Shown here: positions 24,276 through 37,990 of the stretch, piece by piece | How the letters are laid out: every line of letters starts with the position of its first letter | Position numbering within the stretch: position 1 is the stretch's first letter | Assembly (NCBI RefSeq): GCF_001194135.2 | Contig: NC_068981.1 | Span: 168,359,809-168,423,710 of the forward strand | Source: Octopus bimaculoides | Taxonomy: Eukaryota | Reading direction: 5' to 3' | Length of the DNA: 63,902 nt | Program-made: the position numbers and the translations under genes | Notes under the pieces: model-generated | What the model was told of the DNA's origin: nothing | What the model saw: only the letters and a program-made list of their open reading frames with translations | The model's database searches: none

Positions 24276-26623
24276 GTGTATAGTCCCACTTTTTTGCAAA
24301 ACCATGGTAATGATTTTAATCGAGAAGTGAAAATTTTGCATGCACAACATTTTTGTTTTCCATATTTTCCTACATTATTCCATCCAGCAAGTGCTTTTAT
24401 TTTCAGTATTTGCATACACCAGAGCTTTTCATATGTAAATTTTATAGGGAAATTACTAAAGAGGCAAGAACTTATAATGAAATTCTATTGGACTTTGGTA
24501 AGTAATCAGTCTTGTTTCTGTTCATTGATAACACAATAGCCAATTGATATATTACTTTCAAAATCATGATTCAAATAATAAGCAGTGTCTTGTTTAAATA
24601 TTTTAATACTAAAAAAAATCACGACCCCTTCTAAACACCCAGTGACCCTGTCTATAATGACCCTTGACACTTGCTATTCACTCAGGGGGACACTATGTTT
24701 TCCTTTGCATGTGGGTGTGAGAGAAATAAAATGTGATGTAAATATAAATAAAAACTGAAAAGCAAAGTTGTTTTTAAAAAAACAAACAACCACAATATTT
24801 GACACTATGAATATTAATTTAAGACCAAATAGAGCAACATGCTCACTGGTAGTATTTGAACCACCTATTTACTTACTACTGGGTAACTAATTTTCTTACC
24901 AATTACACGATATAGTACCTACCAATTCTTTTCTTCAAATAAGGTACTATCCCATAGCCTAATGTAACTTACATTAAAAACTTTCCTAGTTAATCCATAA
25001 TAATCTTCTTTGTTGCATACTTATTCTTTACACATTCCAACAGATTTAAACGCAAGTATGCAAGAACATATTAAGAATAGATGTGCAAGTTGTCAGTACA
25101 AATCTTGTTCACCACACATATAACAGTTTATTATTCTTTGTTGTTAATTTGTAATAAAAATTGTATTTCTTAGAAATGTGATGCACCAAATGTGCTTCAG
25201 AACAGTAAGATATTAAAGATACCAGTTGCAGTGTACAGCTGCCCATTCTGGTATTATTATTATTATTATTATTATTGTTATTATTTTTATCTGGTAGTGA
25301 AGAAAGAAAGCGGTGCCCATCCATGACTGGCATGAAGAACGTATCCTCAAACAGGTAGTATTTGAACTCAAAACATAAAAAACGAACAATGACCACATTC
25401 TTAGAATACTACCATTCCAACTCTCCAAGTCTGATACAAAGTATTATTTTTCCTAAATAAAACTACCGAACTTTGATTCAATTCCTTGCCCTTTTCCCTC
25501 TCCTTGAGGGAAAGTCTATTACACTCATGAGTTCAATAGTCTATTTACTAATTCTTTAGTAAATAGAAAAATTGGCTGTTGAGGAAACTACCAGCAAAGT
25601 TGATCTAGGTGGGATCTGAACTCAAAGTGAATCAGAACAAATATCACAAGGTATTCTATTCAATGCTTTAATGACTCCACCAAAAAAAGTGCCATAGCCA
25701 GCCAATGGATGGAACTTGTAGTAGAGAGTAATCAAAGACGGCAGAGAAGGTAGTGAGATTGGATCTAAGAACCTTGGAAATTTGCAGGTGAAGTGAAACA
25801 AAATTGAGTGATGATATGCTAAATGCAATTCTGTCCATTTTATGTGAGCATGGGCAAATGGACATTATTCCTTTTGTTACAATATTTCTGCTGAAATACA
25901 CTGCCTTTGTTTTGGTTAATTTTGAAAATAATAAAGAATGTAGTAAAATAACTGCTATTTTTAGGCTAGTATCATGACGATGATGATGATCAGCATTTAA
26001 TGTCTGTCTTTCAGGCTGGCTTGAGCTGGATAGTTTCACAATGAGCTGGAGAACTACATTGAACTTCAATGACTGCTTCTATATGCTTTCTGCAGCTGGA
26101 ACCCTTTGCCCTTCCAAATGCCAACCACTTTATAGCCTGTGAAGGTCATCAAGTAACTTGTAAGACAAAGAAGAAGCTTCCTAGAGGAAAGTGGCTTTAT
26201 GCCAGGTATAAAGCCATCTTCTCCTAAGAGGCTTTATGATAGAGGGATAGGAACAAATGTCTTGCAATAGAAGAGATACATGGCTACCTTGCATCATATA
26301 GGAGTGATTGGGAAAGAAAATGAAAATGTTTGTGACAAGGTGTTGGAGTATACTGTCAAGGTACAAGAAGGTGGATGTAAAAGAAAATGCAGACTGAGGG
26401 TGGAGAGGTGTAGTTGGATAAGTTTATAACAGTGTGAGGGGAAAGTAACAGGTGGTTAGAGATGGGAGTAGAGGTTGATGTAGTGAATGATGTACAAGGG
26501 TGGAGTTGTGGCTGATGATAGATATCAATATTGGGGAGAAGGTAAAAGAAATAGCTCAAGAAGGTGGGAGTGATAAGTGGTAGAGAGTAGCAGTAGAATA
26601 AGGTTGTAAATAAACCAGAAAAT

Positions 26624-26669
<46 letters not shown>

Positions 26670-27345
26670 GAGAGAGAGAGATGAAAGTGAGAGATAAATT
26701 AAAATGAAAATCTGATGGAAGATTTTAATTTATATCACTTTAAGCAAAAAGTTTGTATTACAAAATCCTGGATGGTCTCAGTTTGCATCAAAGGGGTTAA
26801 AATGATGATGATAAAAGTGAAGAAGAATCATTCAGATTTGTGCTTGTTTATATTTGGTGATTGGTGCCAAAAACTTAACAACAACAGACAATTAAATAAG
26901 CAAATTACACAGCTATTTTAAACCATACTTTCATTGATTTTCTTGTTCTATTGTTTGCTGATAACCTTTTACATTAAAGTAAACATATATTAACTATTAC
27001 ATAATTTCATATTTTTCTCATTATTATTTTGTTTCCCTTGCCCACATCTTTAGTGATGTTTCTTTTCCCAGCCCCAGATCCTTGAGAAAAAAAAAGATGG
27101 TTGTTTAAAAATTACTAATGCTTTGTATGTTTACTGATCTTGTACTTTGTAGATAAGGCAATGAACACAAGTGAACACAGTTTTCACCTTTACAACACAG
27201 TTGAGTGATTAACAATAAGAAAGAACAAACCAGCCAAAACTATCATATCTGAGCCAATAAGGGCCTTCATAGTCACTTAACCTCCTAGAAATAGCAACTG
27301 AATCTCTCACAAATTACACCATACCAACTTAGATCATCATCATCA

Positions 27346-27575
27346 TTTACTCCTTTAGCATTCAAACTAGCTATATCCAGCCCAAATATTCAATCTTGTT
27401 TTAAGTTCAAATTGGCCAGATGCAGCCTTTCATACCTATCCTACAATGTCATCTTAAAAATAGACAATCAAACCATTAAAATCACAAAGCTATAAGATAG
27501 TTGATGATTAATTTAAAGCAGTGTGAATAAATAAGCATTACATTTGACACCATAATTTCAATGCTAAAGAGTTAA
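27346..27575 (+). mobile_element. piggyBac-like MITE (family E)
   Basis: Termini and internal match. Confidence 0.75.
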
Positions 27576-28509
27576 AGCTCATGTTTTATGCTGACATAGG
27601 TTAAATGGTTTGACAGGATCCAAGGACTGGACCATGCTTCAGTTTCTGTTCTGATATGTTTTCTGTGGCTGGATGCCCTTCCTAATGCCAATCCTAATGC
27701 CAATCACTTTACAGTATGTACTAGGTGCTTTTCTCGTGTTGATGGCATTATTGAGGTCACCATGCATCTTGCAAGAAAACAAAACCAGAGGATGGGGGAG
27801 CCTTATGTTAGCAGACTAGGATTAAAGTATGAGAAGAAGTGGTTCAGAGAGGTTCTTGCTGTAAAGGAGTTACATTCAGCAACGTGGTTCCTAACATATA
27901 AAAAGACTGGATGATCATGGCTGGAACATCTTAGATCATAGATCTATTGGATCAATGTTATATTGGGATCTAAACAACAGTAACCCTTGTCCCAACAACA
28001 TGCAAACATAAAAGAAAAAATTGCAAAAACAATACAAATGAAACAATATATAAATTCAAATCATCATAACTGGACATTTCCCAGACTGTTTTACTTCTGA
28101 GAATGGGTCTTTGCACCAGAAATATATAGGTTTTGTGAAACTATGCACATCATCAGAAGCTTTCCTATTTTCCCTTCATTTATATGCCTGCTTTTCCATG
28201 CTTGCATAGGTTAGATGAATGTCACTGAGGCAGCATTTCAAAGCCAGATTTTCTTCCTGTCGCTAATTCTTACCGGCTTTTCAATTAAAGGATCTCTTAT
28301 TCCATGAATATATGATGTTCCTTTTTTTTTTTCCAGTTTCCATCAACCAAATCTACTTACAAAGCTTTAGGTGATCTGGGATTATGTTAGAAGACAGTTG
28401 CCCAAAGTGCAATGCAGCGGGACTGAACTAGAAGCCAAATGGTTGGGAAGTGAACTTCTTAAACACACAGGCATGCCTGCACTTACATCACAAATATGTA
28501 TGTGTGTGC

Positions 28510-28543
<34 letters not shown>

Positions 28544-28865
28544 NNNNNNNNNNNNNNNNNNNNNNNNNNNNNNNNNNNNNNNNNNNNNNNNNNNNNNNNN
28601 NNNNNNNNNNNNNNNNNNNNNNNNNNNNNNNNNNNNNNNNNNNNNNNNNNNNNNNNNNNNNNNNNNNNNNNNNNNNNNNNNNNNNNNNNNNNNNNNNNNN
28701 NNNNNNNNNNNNNNNNNNNNNNNNNNNNNNNNNNNNNNNNNNNNNNNNNNNNNNNNNNNNNNNNNNNNNNNNNNNNNNNNNNNNNNNNNNNNNNNNNNNN
28801 NNNNNNNNNNNNNNNNNNNNATATATATATATGTATATATGAAATAATAAAACAGATATACTCAC

Positions 28866-28919
28866 CCTTGTTGTCTCTGGGATGCCTGCTGTCAGGTTCA
28901 GAAACTACTTTGTTCCAAG
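28866..28919 (-). CDS. MCRIP2: MCRIP/FAM195 exon 5a (54 nt; SWNKVVSEPDSRHPRDNK)
   Basis: ctgtttttcag| and |gtgagt; only phase 1-1 is open; supplies the conserved W after YLTD. Confidence 0.88.
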
Positions 28920-29319
28920 CTGAAAAACAGAATTGCAAGTGTTTGAGTGTTACACATTCAAAAATAGCTTATGGAAAAATTACCTCATTAACATAATTAT
29001 GATAATAGCTTACTTAGTAAAAAGATTAACTCAAGGATCCAGTTTTTTGTGCAATAAATTTTACCACTATCACCATCACTGTCATTCATCTCATACATGC
29101 CTATACTGATCAGACAAAATTCAGTGAGCAGATTTTCTACAGTTGGCTGCCCTTCCTGACACAAACCCTCACCTGTTTCCAAGCAATGTAACATTGCCCT
29201 ATGGCTGAACATGTTTCCATGGAATATTAGAAACAAGGGACATTGCTTAATGGTAACACTTATTTAGAACTATCACACATTGACAAGACAAGGCGACACA
29301 AAGGCAACTCAATAGCAAG

Positions 29320-31240
29320 TTATCTCTACATATGTCTCCACAGCCAGGATTGACAGAAGAATAGGACTGCTGCTATAAGATCCTTCTGCCGATTACCTCA
29401 GTGACATCAGACAGTGACTTTATTATCATGGCTGGTGACTTCAGACATGTTAGCTGATATAATGATGGTTTCTGTGATATAAATGGAGGGTATGATTCAA
29501 GAAATGAAGGTGTAAGGTTATTGTTGTTCTGTGAAGCAACTGATCAAACAATTTGGAACACACTTTAAGAAGCCAGCCAACCCAGCAACCACCTCAACAC
29601 TTATCAATCTGGCAAACAAACATTGGATAGATTATGTTTTTCTCCAGGAAATGGGACAGAAGGATATTCCTGGTGGAAAATGCACCATGCAACATAGATT
29701 AGTGTCTGGTGACTTCAGATTCAGAGAGAAACTGACGGAAACTGAAGACAATATGGAGGAGACATGGGAACTAAAAGATCCTGCAATAGGGAATAGATTT
29801 AGAGAAATTCTAGCTGAAGCGTATGATTACAGAGAGAAAGATTTAGATACCTACTTGGAGCCACAGATCAGGCATGTGGCTGGGGCAAAGTGCTAGACAA
29901 ACAAAGATAAGGTAGTGGTGGAATGAGATAGTTGATAGGGGGTAAAAATGCTCAAGAGATATGATTGGAAGGAAGGTCATTGTAGGGAGCATTATCAAAT
30001 GGTTAGAAGAGCAGCTAGGAGACAGGTATACTTGGTTAAGGATGAAGCAGAAAGGAAGAGAATAATGCATGTCATGCAATGTGAGGATTAAAGGTGTAAA
30101 GTGTTCAGGGTTGCAAGAATGTAGAGAACCAAGGTGTCACTGGTAAGAAGAATATTCAAAATAATTAAGGCATACTTGCCATCAATATAGAAGACAAGTA
30201 AGTGGTATGGAAGTGCTATTATGAGAGGTAGCTGAACATGGTAGATAAAGCAATTAAGAATATGAAGGGCGAGAAAACTGAAGGTCCATCAAGGATAGTT
30301 GCAGATATTGTAAACTGCTTCAAAGTCAAAGGAAATACTTTACGGAGAAGTAACTTTAGGAGAATCAAACTACTGGATCAAGTTATGAAGATCACAGAGA
30401 GAATCATAGCACAATTGATCAGGACAGAACAGACTTTGATGAGATGTAGCTTGGCCTTATGCCTAAAAGTACCATGGATGCAATCTTCCAGTGAGGTAAT
30501 TTCAGAAGAAATACTTGGCAAAGAGCAAACCACTGTTCCTGGTATTCATTGATTTGAAAAAGGGTTTGATAGGGTATCACCTTCAGTAATTTGGTGGTTT
30601 CTAAGGAAACTAGGTGTAGAAGAATGGCTTGTTGGGGTTGTATAAGTTATGTACAAAGATTCAGTTAGTCAGGGATGACAAAGATTTCAGAGACGAACTT
30701 AGTGCAAAAATAGGAGTCCATCAAGGTTCAGTCCTCTGTCTTCTCATTGTAGTCTTACAAGTTGTCATGGAGGAGTTCAAGGCTGGTTGTCTATGGGAAG
30801 TCCTATATGTTGATGACCTATGTAGTGGAATCAGAGAGGAAATTCTCGGCATAGAAGCCAAACCTAAAATCAAGAGGCCTCAAGGACTCTGGTATCTTTG
30901 GGAAAATGCTTTGTTTCAAATGCAGGAAGGGAATGAGTATAAACTCCATGTGCTGTACTAAATGTTAGCTACGGACATTCAAGAGGTATAGTGGAGTCAC
31001 AGGCAGACTAACAAATAAAGTAAGCTTCATACATGACACATGTACTGGAGCAGTATGAATTATGAGCATACCAGAAATAGTCTCTCTTAAATGCCCAGAC
31101 AAGTCATTAGAAGTACTTGGTAGCTTTTGTTACCTGGGAGATGTAATTAGCAAGGGAGGTTGTTGCTCTGAAAGAGTAGTAGCCAAGGTAAGAACAGGTT
31201 CATCATTATCATCGTCGTCATCATTTAATGACCGTTTTCC
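29320..31240 (+). mobile_element. Degenerate RTE-clade LINE (APE endonuclease plus reverse transcriptase)
   Basis: Remnants PQPGL...DFIIMAGDF; IDYVFL; NFRRIKLLDQVMKITERII; GVHQGSVL; LYVDDL; SFCYLGDVI; many frameshifts. Confidence 0.9.
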
Positions 31241-32399
31241 ATGCTGGTATAGGTTGGATGGTTTGACTGAAAACCAGTAAGCTGCACCAGGTTCCAATTT
31301 GATTTGGTATGGATGCCCTTCCTAACACCAACCACTCCAACAGGAGAAAGCAGATCTCATGACCTTGAACCTAATAGGAGATGAGTGAGGACCAGGATTT
31401 GAGTTCAAATGTCACTAAGGTCAACTTTGCTCTTCATCCTTTTCAGGACAACGAGGTTAAGTACCAATTGAACACTGGGATATAATCAACTTCCCCTCCC
31501 CCTCAAAATTACAAGCCCGTGCCAATATTAGAATTAATATTATTATTGTAACTAATAATAATACTGATTAGTGTACTTGACTGATACTTGTTATTGATTT
31601 GGGAAAGATGAAAGGTAAATTTGAGGTTGCAAGGACTTGAACTCAAAATGTGAAGATCTGAAAGAAGCACCTCCAAGCAGTTCATCTGACATTTACTCTC
31701 TTCTGATTACACATATTTTTAGAGATGAGTATACTGATCCCCAAATGTAATGGTTTTTATAACACCACAGAGATAATAAAAATAAGCTATGTTTGTGTGT
31801 GGAAATCAAAACAGTGACATGACCTAGATAACTTATTACATTTAGGTCAGCTGAGAACCATTTGTGTTTGACCTATTGCTCTAAAAATAAAATATAATAA
31901 GGTATGAAATCTACTAGACAGTAAAAAATTGTGCTCTGTGCCTGAGACCGTAAGCATTATATGATGATGATGATGATGATGGCGAAACAAGCAGAGAAAC
32001 CTGCCTGCATATAAGCACAATAACTGCAACCAAAATGTTAACTTATGACCTTGAAATCACATCAATATAAACGCTATGTATACAGAAATTTAAAATGCAA
32101 CAATGACAGCTTCTAATTGTAAACTGTTTAAGTAAATAAACAAAAAATATTTTCTGATATTTGACACACACAGATAATAGACATTAAATATACACGTTTC
32201 AGCAGTAACTCCTGGTATATGCTATTTTAAAAATCAAAGCCAAATAACGGACTAAGGGAACATATAGCATGTATGTGCTCTCTCTTTAGCTCTCTATCTC
32301 TCTTAGAGAGAGAGAGGGGGAGAGAGAGAGAGGGGGAGAGAGAGAGAGAAAGAGAGAGAGATAGAGAGAGAGGAATAAGATGTTATTTGCATCCCTTTG

Positions 32400-33000
32400 C
32401 ATATTATAAGTGAAATCGAAATTGAAATCAAACCAAATTCGACGACTGGTACTCATGCCAACCTTTCCTTCATTGGACACTAAACTCTGCTTGCAAAGAC
32501 CTGTTGGGGCAAGTGAAATCGAAATCGTAATTGAACCAAATTCAATGACTGGTACCTGTGCCAGTGGAGTGGAGCGCTAACAGCACCGTCCAAGCGTGAT
32601 CATTGCCAGAGCAGCTGTCTGGCTTTCGTGCCGGTGGCACGTAAATAGCACAATTTGAGTGTGATCGTTACCAGCGTCGACTTACTGGCACATGAAGAAA
32701 CATTCAAGCAAGGTCATTGCCAGTGCTGCTGAACTGGCTCCTGTGCAGGTGGCACGTAAAAAAATACCATTTGAGCGTAGCCATTGCCAGTACCACCTGA
32801 CTAGCCCTCGTGCCGGTGGCACGTAAAAGCACTCACTACACTCTCGGAGTGGTTGGCGTTAGGAAGGGCATCTAGCTGTAGAAACACTGCTAGATCAGAT
32901 TGGAGCCTGGTGCAGCCATCTGGTTCGCCAGTCCTCAGTCAAATCGTCCAACCCATGCCAGCATGGAAAGTGGATGTTAAATGATGATGATGATGATGAA
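32400..33000 (+). mobile_element. Long family C copy with tandem GGTGGCACGTAAA modules
   Basis: Repeated modules; 45-bp direct repeat at 32408-32452 and 32511-32555; (TGA)n tail. Confidence 0.85.
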
Positions 33001-33224
33001 GATATGTATTGCAAGCCTTGCATTCTTGCAGGGAATACCACATTTTTAATATGTAGAAGTTAGAAAGTGGCCCAAGAGCTGGGTGTTTCCTTCATCAGAG
33101 TTTCATAAGTACCATGCATGAAATTTGGCCCATGAGCCAATGTAACTTCTATCAATTAAATATAATAAAATATATATACTCATGTATTTACACACACATA
33201 CATCCATCATCATAATAATGATAA

Positions 33225-33640
33225 TAATAAGTCATTTCTACTATAGGCACAAGGCCTGAAATTTGGGGGAGGGGGCTTGTTGATTACATCAACCCCAGTG
33301 TTCCACTGGTACTTATTTTATCGACCCCAAAAGGATGAAAGCGGAGTCAACCTCAACGGTATTTGAACTCAAAACATAAAAATGGATGAAATACTGCTAA
33401 GCATTTCATCTAGTGAACAATAATAATAATCCTTTCTACTATAGGTACAAGGCCTGGAGTTTGTGGGGAAGGGAGTGGTCGTGCACATTGACCCCAGTGT
33501 TTCACTGGTACTTAATTTATCGACCCCAAAATGATGAAAGGCAAAGTTGACCTTGGCAGAATTTGAACTCAGAATGTAAAGACAAGCGAAATACCGCTAA
33601 GCATTTTGCCCGGTGTGCTAATGATTGTACCAGCTCATCA
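33225..33640 (-). mobile_element. Two tandem family B SINEs
   Basis: Reverse-complement consensus match. Confidence 0.85.
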
Positions 33641-33646
33641 CCTTGA

Positions 33647-33679
<33 letters not shown>

Positions 33680-34546
33680 CATATAACATCTGTCTTCAAT
33701 GATGGCAAGTTTTGGATGCATGAACAGGATATGACTAGCCAGAGGACTGTATTGAGCTCCAGTGTCTTCATTGACATGGTTTCTATGGCTGAATGCCCTT
33801 CCTAATGCCAACCTCCTTAGAGTGTACTGGATGCTTTTTTCATGACACTAGCCCTAGTGAGGTCAAGGCCCTCTTGATTGAGTGGAGGGGGGTACAGTAC
33901 TGAGGGGAGTAGCTTTGCACCAGGTGTTGAGAAGCTAATGTATGACAGGGAAGGGCAGGTGTTTTGCTGTAGAGGGAGCTACATGGCTACCCCAGCTGGA
34001 AAGGGATAAAGGATGGTGATAGTGAAATGTCAGGGTGTACCCTCAAGGTATAAGAATAGAAGCAGGTAGAAATAAGAGAGAGATAGAGATATAAGATTAT
34101 GGATGGGTGGGTAGATTCACAAGAGTATGAAAGGAGAGTGACAAATGGGGATAGAAGTGAATGCAGTGATTGATGAACACAGGCAGAGGCTTGGTCAATG
34201 GCAAATCTCTCTCTTCCTAGCTTAAGCGTAGAGTATTTGAAAGGAGGAGGAAGCTTCATGCCAAGTTTTGAGAGGCAAAAGTATGTGTCTTGCTATAAAG
34301 AAAATACATAGCTACTCTGTATTATATAAAGGTTTCAAGTATTTTAAAAATACCCATCATCAAAAGTACTCAAGTGTTAATGATGATGATAGCAGTCGAG
34401 GTCATGGAGGTTTTAGGGAAGGTTACAACAATGATAATGGAACAACACTGACAACAATAAGATGATGTTAAGAAGAAATATGATGAGATATGGTCATGTT
34501 AATAAGGTTATGATGTCATGAAGTTTGGCAAGAATGATGATGTGAT

Positions 34547-34780
34547 TGGCGGCGAGCTGGCAGAAACGTTAGCACGCCGGGCGAAATGCTTAGCGGTATT
34601 TCATCTGCCGCTACATTCTGAGTTCAAGTTCCGCCAAGGTCAACTTCGCCTTTCATCATTTCGGGGTCGATAAATTAAGTACCAGTTACGCACTGGGGTC
34701 GATGTAATCGACTTAATCCCTTTGTCTGTCCTTGTTTGTCCCCTCTATGTTTAGCCCCTTGTGGGCAATAAAGAAATAAG
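34547..34780 (+). mobile_element. Full-length young family B SINE
   Basis: Near-consensus with CpGs retained; tail ...GGGCAATAAAGAAATAAG. Confidence 0.9.
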
Positions 34781-34840
34781 AAAGATGATATGATATTGCA
34801 GGTGATAATAATAATATGAACAGGACTTTGTAATACTTAC

Positions 34841-34953
34841 AATCTGTTAAATATTTAACAATATCGTCGTGTTGAGACTGCGACTCTGATGGGTAGCTAT
34901 TCTGTCGATGCACACTCACAGCTCGCTTCCCATTAAATACAGATTTTTGAGAG
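34841..34953 (-). CDS. MCRIP2: MCRIP/FAM195 exon 4 (113 nt; SQKSVFNGKRAVSVHRQNSYPSESQSQHDDIVKYLTD)
   Basis: tttatttgtag| and |gtaagt; phase 2-to-1. VFNGKR and QHDDIVKYLTDSW match the recalled MCRIP motifs VYNGKR and AHEENVRFxxEAW. Confidence 0.92.
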
Positions 34954-36494
34954 CTACAAATAAATAAATAAATAAACACATGAAAACATGTAAATGAAAT
35001 ATCAAATATTTTATAAGCAAATACAATCTAAGTATTATTATTCTATTGAAAAAATCAGCTTCCAATAAGTTCACTCATTTGATTATTTTTAAAAATTATA
35101 CTGGTCAAAAATTATTTGTAATTCTTATATTATATATAAAAATGTCAACTATACTGTGCTGATAAGGTCTAATAAACTGAAACATACCCTTAGTTGTTCA
35201 ATGCCTGTAATCAAAGATGAAATAATTTTTTCCCAGACAGATAATTTAACTTCATGAGATTAATTATTTATTTCTTAAAATTATTTCCTCTTTTTTTTTT
35301 CTTCAATTCTTATATGGAATTTTCTTACAGCAACCCTTAAATTATTTATTATAACCAATGCCACTATTCTATTTAAATAATTTCCACTTAACTCACTTTT
35401 TATCATTTCTTTACATACACCACTAATTAGAGGACAAAAACTGGTAGGAAGTGGAAGACAATTTTAGTCAAAACCACAGAAGAAATACTGAACATGTAAA
35501 ATATTTTTACCCAGAAGATGTGGGGACCTTTCAAAGTTGAAACCACCAAAGAAATGCTCATGGGTGTGTTATTGGTAATATCAAAAATAATATGAAATAA
35601 GTGTTGGGCAAAATGAGTAGTGGGACATTCTGACCCAACCTAACAAGTGAGTGGGCAATCCTAAACATTTTTGCCGTTTTTACTTTATTTTATCTTGCTT
35701 TAATTATTGTATATTTCATATAATTTATGTTCATTGTATTCCTAGATGTTAATAAATTCATTGTATAATTTCCTTACCCCTCTTAGTTTTTTATACAACT
35801 TTTTCTAGTCCAATCCTTCATAATACGTATACATATTTTAATGTCTACTGCACAGATGATCCCTTGTGGCTAATAAAGAACAAGTTATTATTATTATTAT
35901 TATTAACCAGTTGAACACAATGTAAATGACTAACTCCCTTCTCGAAAATTTCAGGTCTTGTGCCTACAGCAGAAAGGGTTATTATTATTATTATTGAGAA
36001 AGCAGCACATGCCATCAACGTGACACTAGTGTACAAATATACGAAGCCCAGTATACCCGTCATACTACCTGCCTGATAAGGGTACATAAGACACATACAT
36101 CACAACCACATGTGCATGACATGGTGACCTCATATCAAGATAAACACCACATGATCTTACAAGTAGGGCCCAGATAAAATTTTTTCAGGTTGAGTAGCCC
36201 ATCCCACTCAAAAGGTCCCTGAATAAAGTTTGTTTAAGGATGATAAATGAAACATCCATATTTCCAGGGGTGAATTATTCAAACCCCAAAGAATCCCTTT
36301 CAACACATCGCTACTACTCTTGCTGGTGATCAGAGATGCACATATTGACAGCCACCAGGGGATATGCTCAACTGATTAAGGTCAAGCAAGTGACAAGCAA
36401 GTCTGTGATACTGAGCAGAATATTCACTGTAGCCCATCTTTTACACCAAGACAAAACATGCATGTGTTAACACTTCTAATCAGGAGTCAAGGCA

Positions 36495-36692
36495 GTAAGC
36501 TAGCAGAATCACGTCAGAATAAAATGCTTAGCAGCACTTTGTCTTTATGTTCTGGGTTCAAATTCTATCAAGGTCGACTGTCTTCCATCCTTTTGGGGTC
36601 AATGAAATAAGTATCATCACATGCTGGGGTCAACGTAATCAACAGCCCATTCACCCAAAATTTCAGACCACCTCGTGCCTATAGTAGAAAGG

Positions 36693-36730
<38 letters not shown>

Positions 36731-36941
36731 GGTGGTGAGCTGGCAGAATCGTTAGAACACTGGGCAAAATGCTAGGCGGCATTTCGTCTGTCTTCACGTT
36801 CTGAGGTCATGTTCCGCCTAGGTCGACTTTGCCTTTCATCCTTTCGGGGTCGATGAAATAAGTACCAGTTATGTACTAGGGTTGATGAAATCAGCTATCC
36901 CCCTCCCCCAAATTTCAGGCCTTGTGCCTATAGTCGAAAGG

Positions 36942-36945
<4 letters not shown>
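36495..36945 (+). mobile_element. Two tandem family B SINEs with (ATT)n tails
   Basis: Consensus match. Confidence 0.85.
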
Positions 36946-36990
<45 letters not shown>

Positions 36991-37779
36991 GTAATAGTAG
37001 TAGTAATAGTAGCAACAGCAGCAGAAGCAATGATAGTAGTATAGTAGCGGAAGCAGCAGCAGTAAAAAATACATATACACCCATCCTGCATTCAAATGAT
37101 ACTGAGACTTTTAATTAATCCCTTAGGCATTAAAAAAAAACAGAACAAAGTTAAAAACAACAACGACAACAACAACAACAACAATAATGAATCACCAGCA
37201 AATTCCTTTGTAAGCAAGAATTATTTCCAAGCTATTGAAACAATCAGGCTAAGAGCAATAATGATAATAATAACTCTTTAACACCAAATGACTAGCATAA
37301 CAATAAAATTAAATCAGTTAATTTCCTCTTGCCAGCAGCAGAGAGAGAAGATCAGAATTGTTCTACAGTGTTTACTGCATTGCTGGAATCTAAACTGATG
37401 AGCAGTAGCAGCTTTTTCATAAGAGAATAATGAGAGACTGAGTTAGTTCTGAGTTGCATCCCTATGCTATAGGTATTAAATTCTCATTGATAACGAGAAA
37501 TTTACCAAGAGTAATGCCTTCAGTTTTTATTTTTAAATCCAAAGGCGTGGCAAAGGCATAGGTGTGGCTATGTGGTTAAGAAGTTTGCTTTCCAACTACT
37601 TGGTGTTGGGTTCAGTCCCACTGCATGGTTCCTTGGACAAGTGTCTTCAAGTATAGCATCAGGCCAACCAAAGCCTTGCAAGTGGATTTGGTAGCGGGCA
37701 GAGTCTAGTCAAGTAAAATAATAGTTCTGTGAGATGCTGTTTGAACGACACTTTGGTTTTAATATGGCAACAATCATGC

Positions 37780-37990
37780 TTAACCCTTTAGCATTTAAAC
37801 TGAAGCTAATGTTTTAGCTTCAAACTGGCCAGTTCCAGCCTCCCACACTTATCTTACAATGTTATTCTAAAAAAATAAACAATCATATCATTGAAATCTC
37901 AAAGCTACAAAGTGATATACATAACTAATTCATATCAATGTCAATAAATAAGCATTACATTTGACAAAGAAATCTGAATGCTAAAGGGTT
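37780..37990 (+). mobile_element. piggyBac-like MITE (family E)
   Basis: TTAA-CCCTTTAGCATTT ... AATGCTAAAGGGTT. Confidence 0.8.

Noticed and set aside
24900-25300. GTAAGT donor-like sites and short frames between exons 5a and 5b (searched for a third paralogous exon)
   Set aside because: No phase 1-1 open exon with the W...D.RH.R pattern.
31851-31891. 41-nt exon-like segment (minus)
   Set aside because: Stops in all three frames; weak donor.
32400-32830. Regularly spaced GGTGGCACGTAAA repeats resembling a CRISPR array
   Set aside because: Eukaryotic context; internal tandem modules of family C, with related rather than unique spacers.
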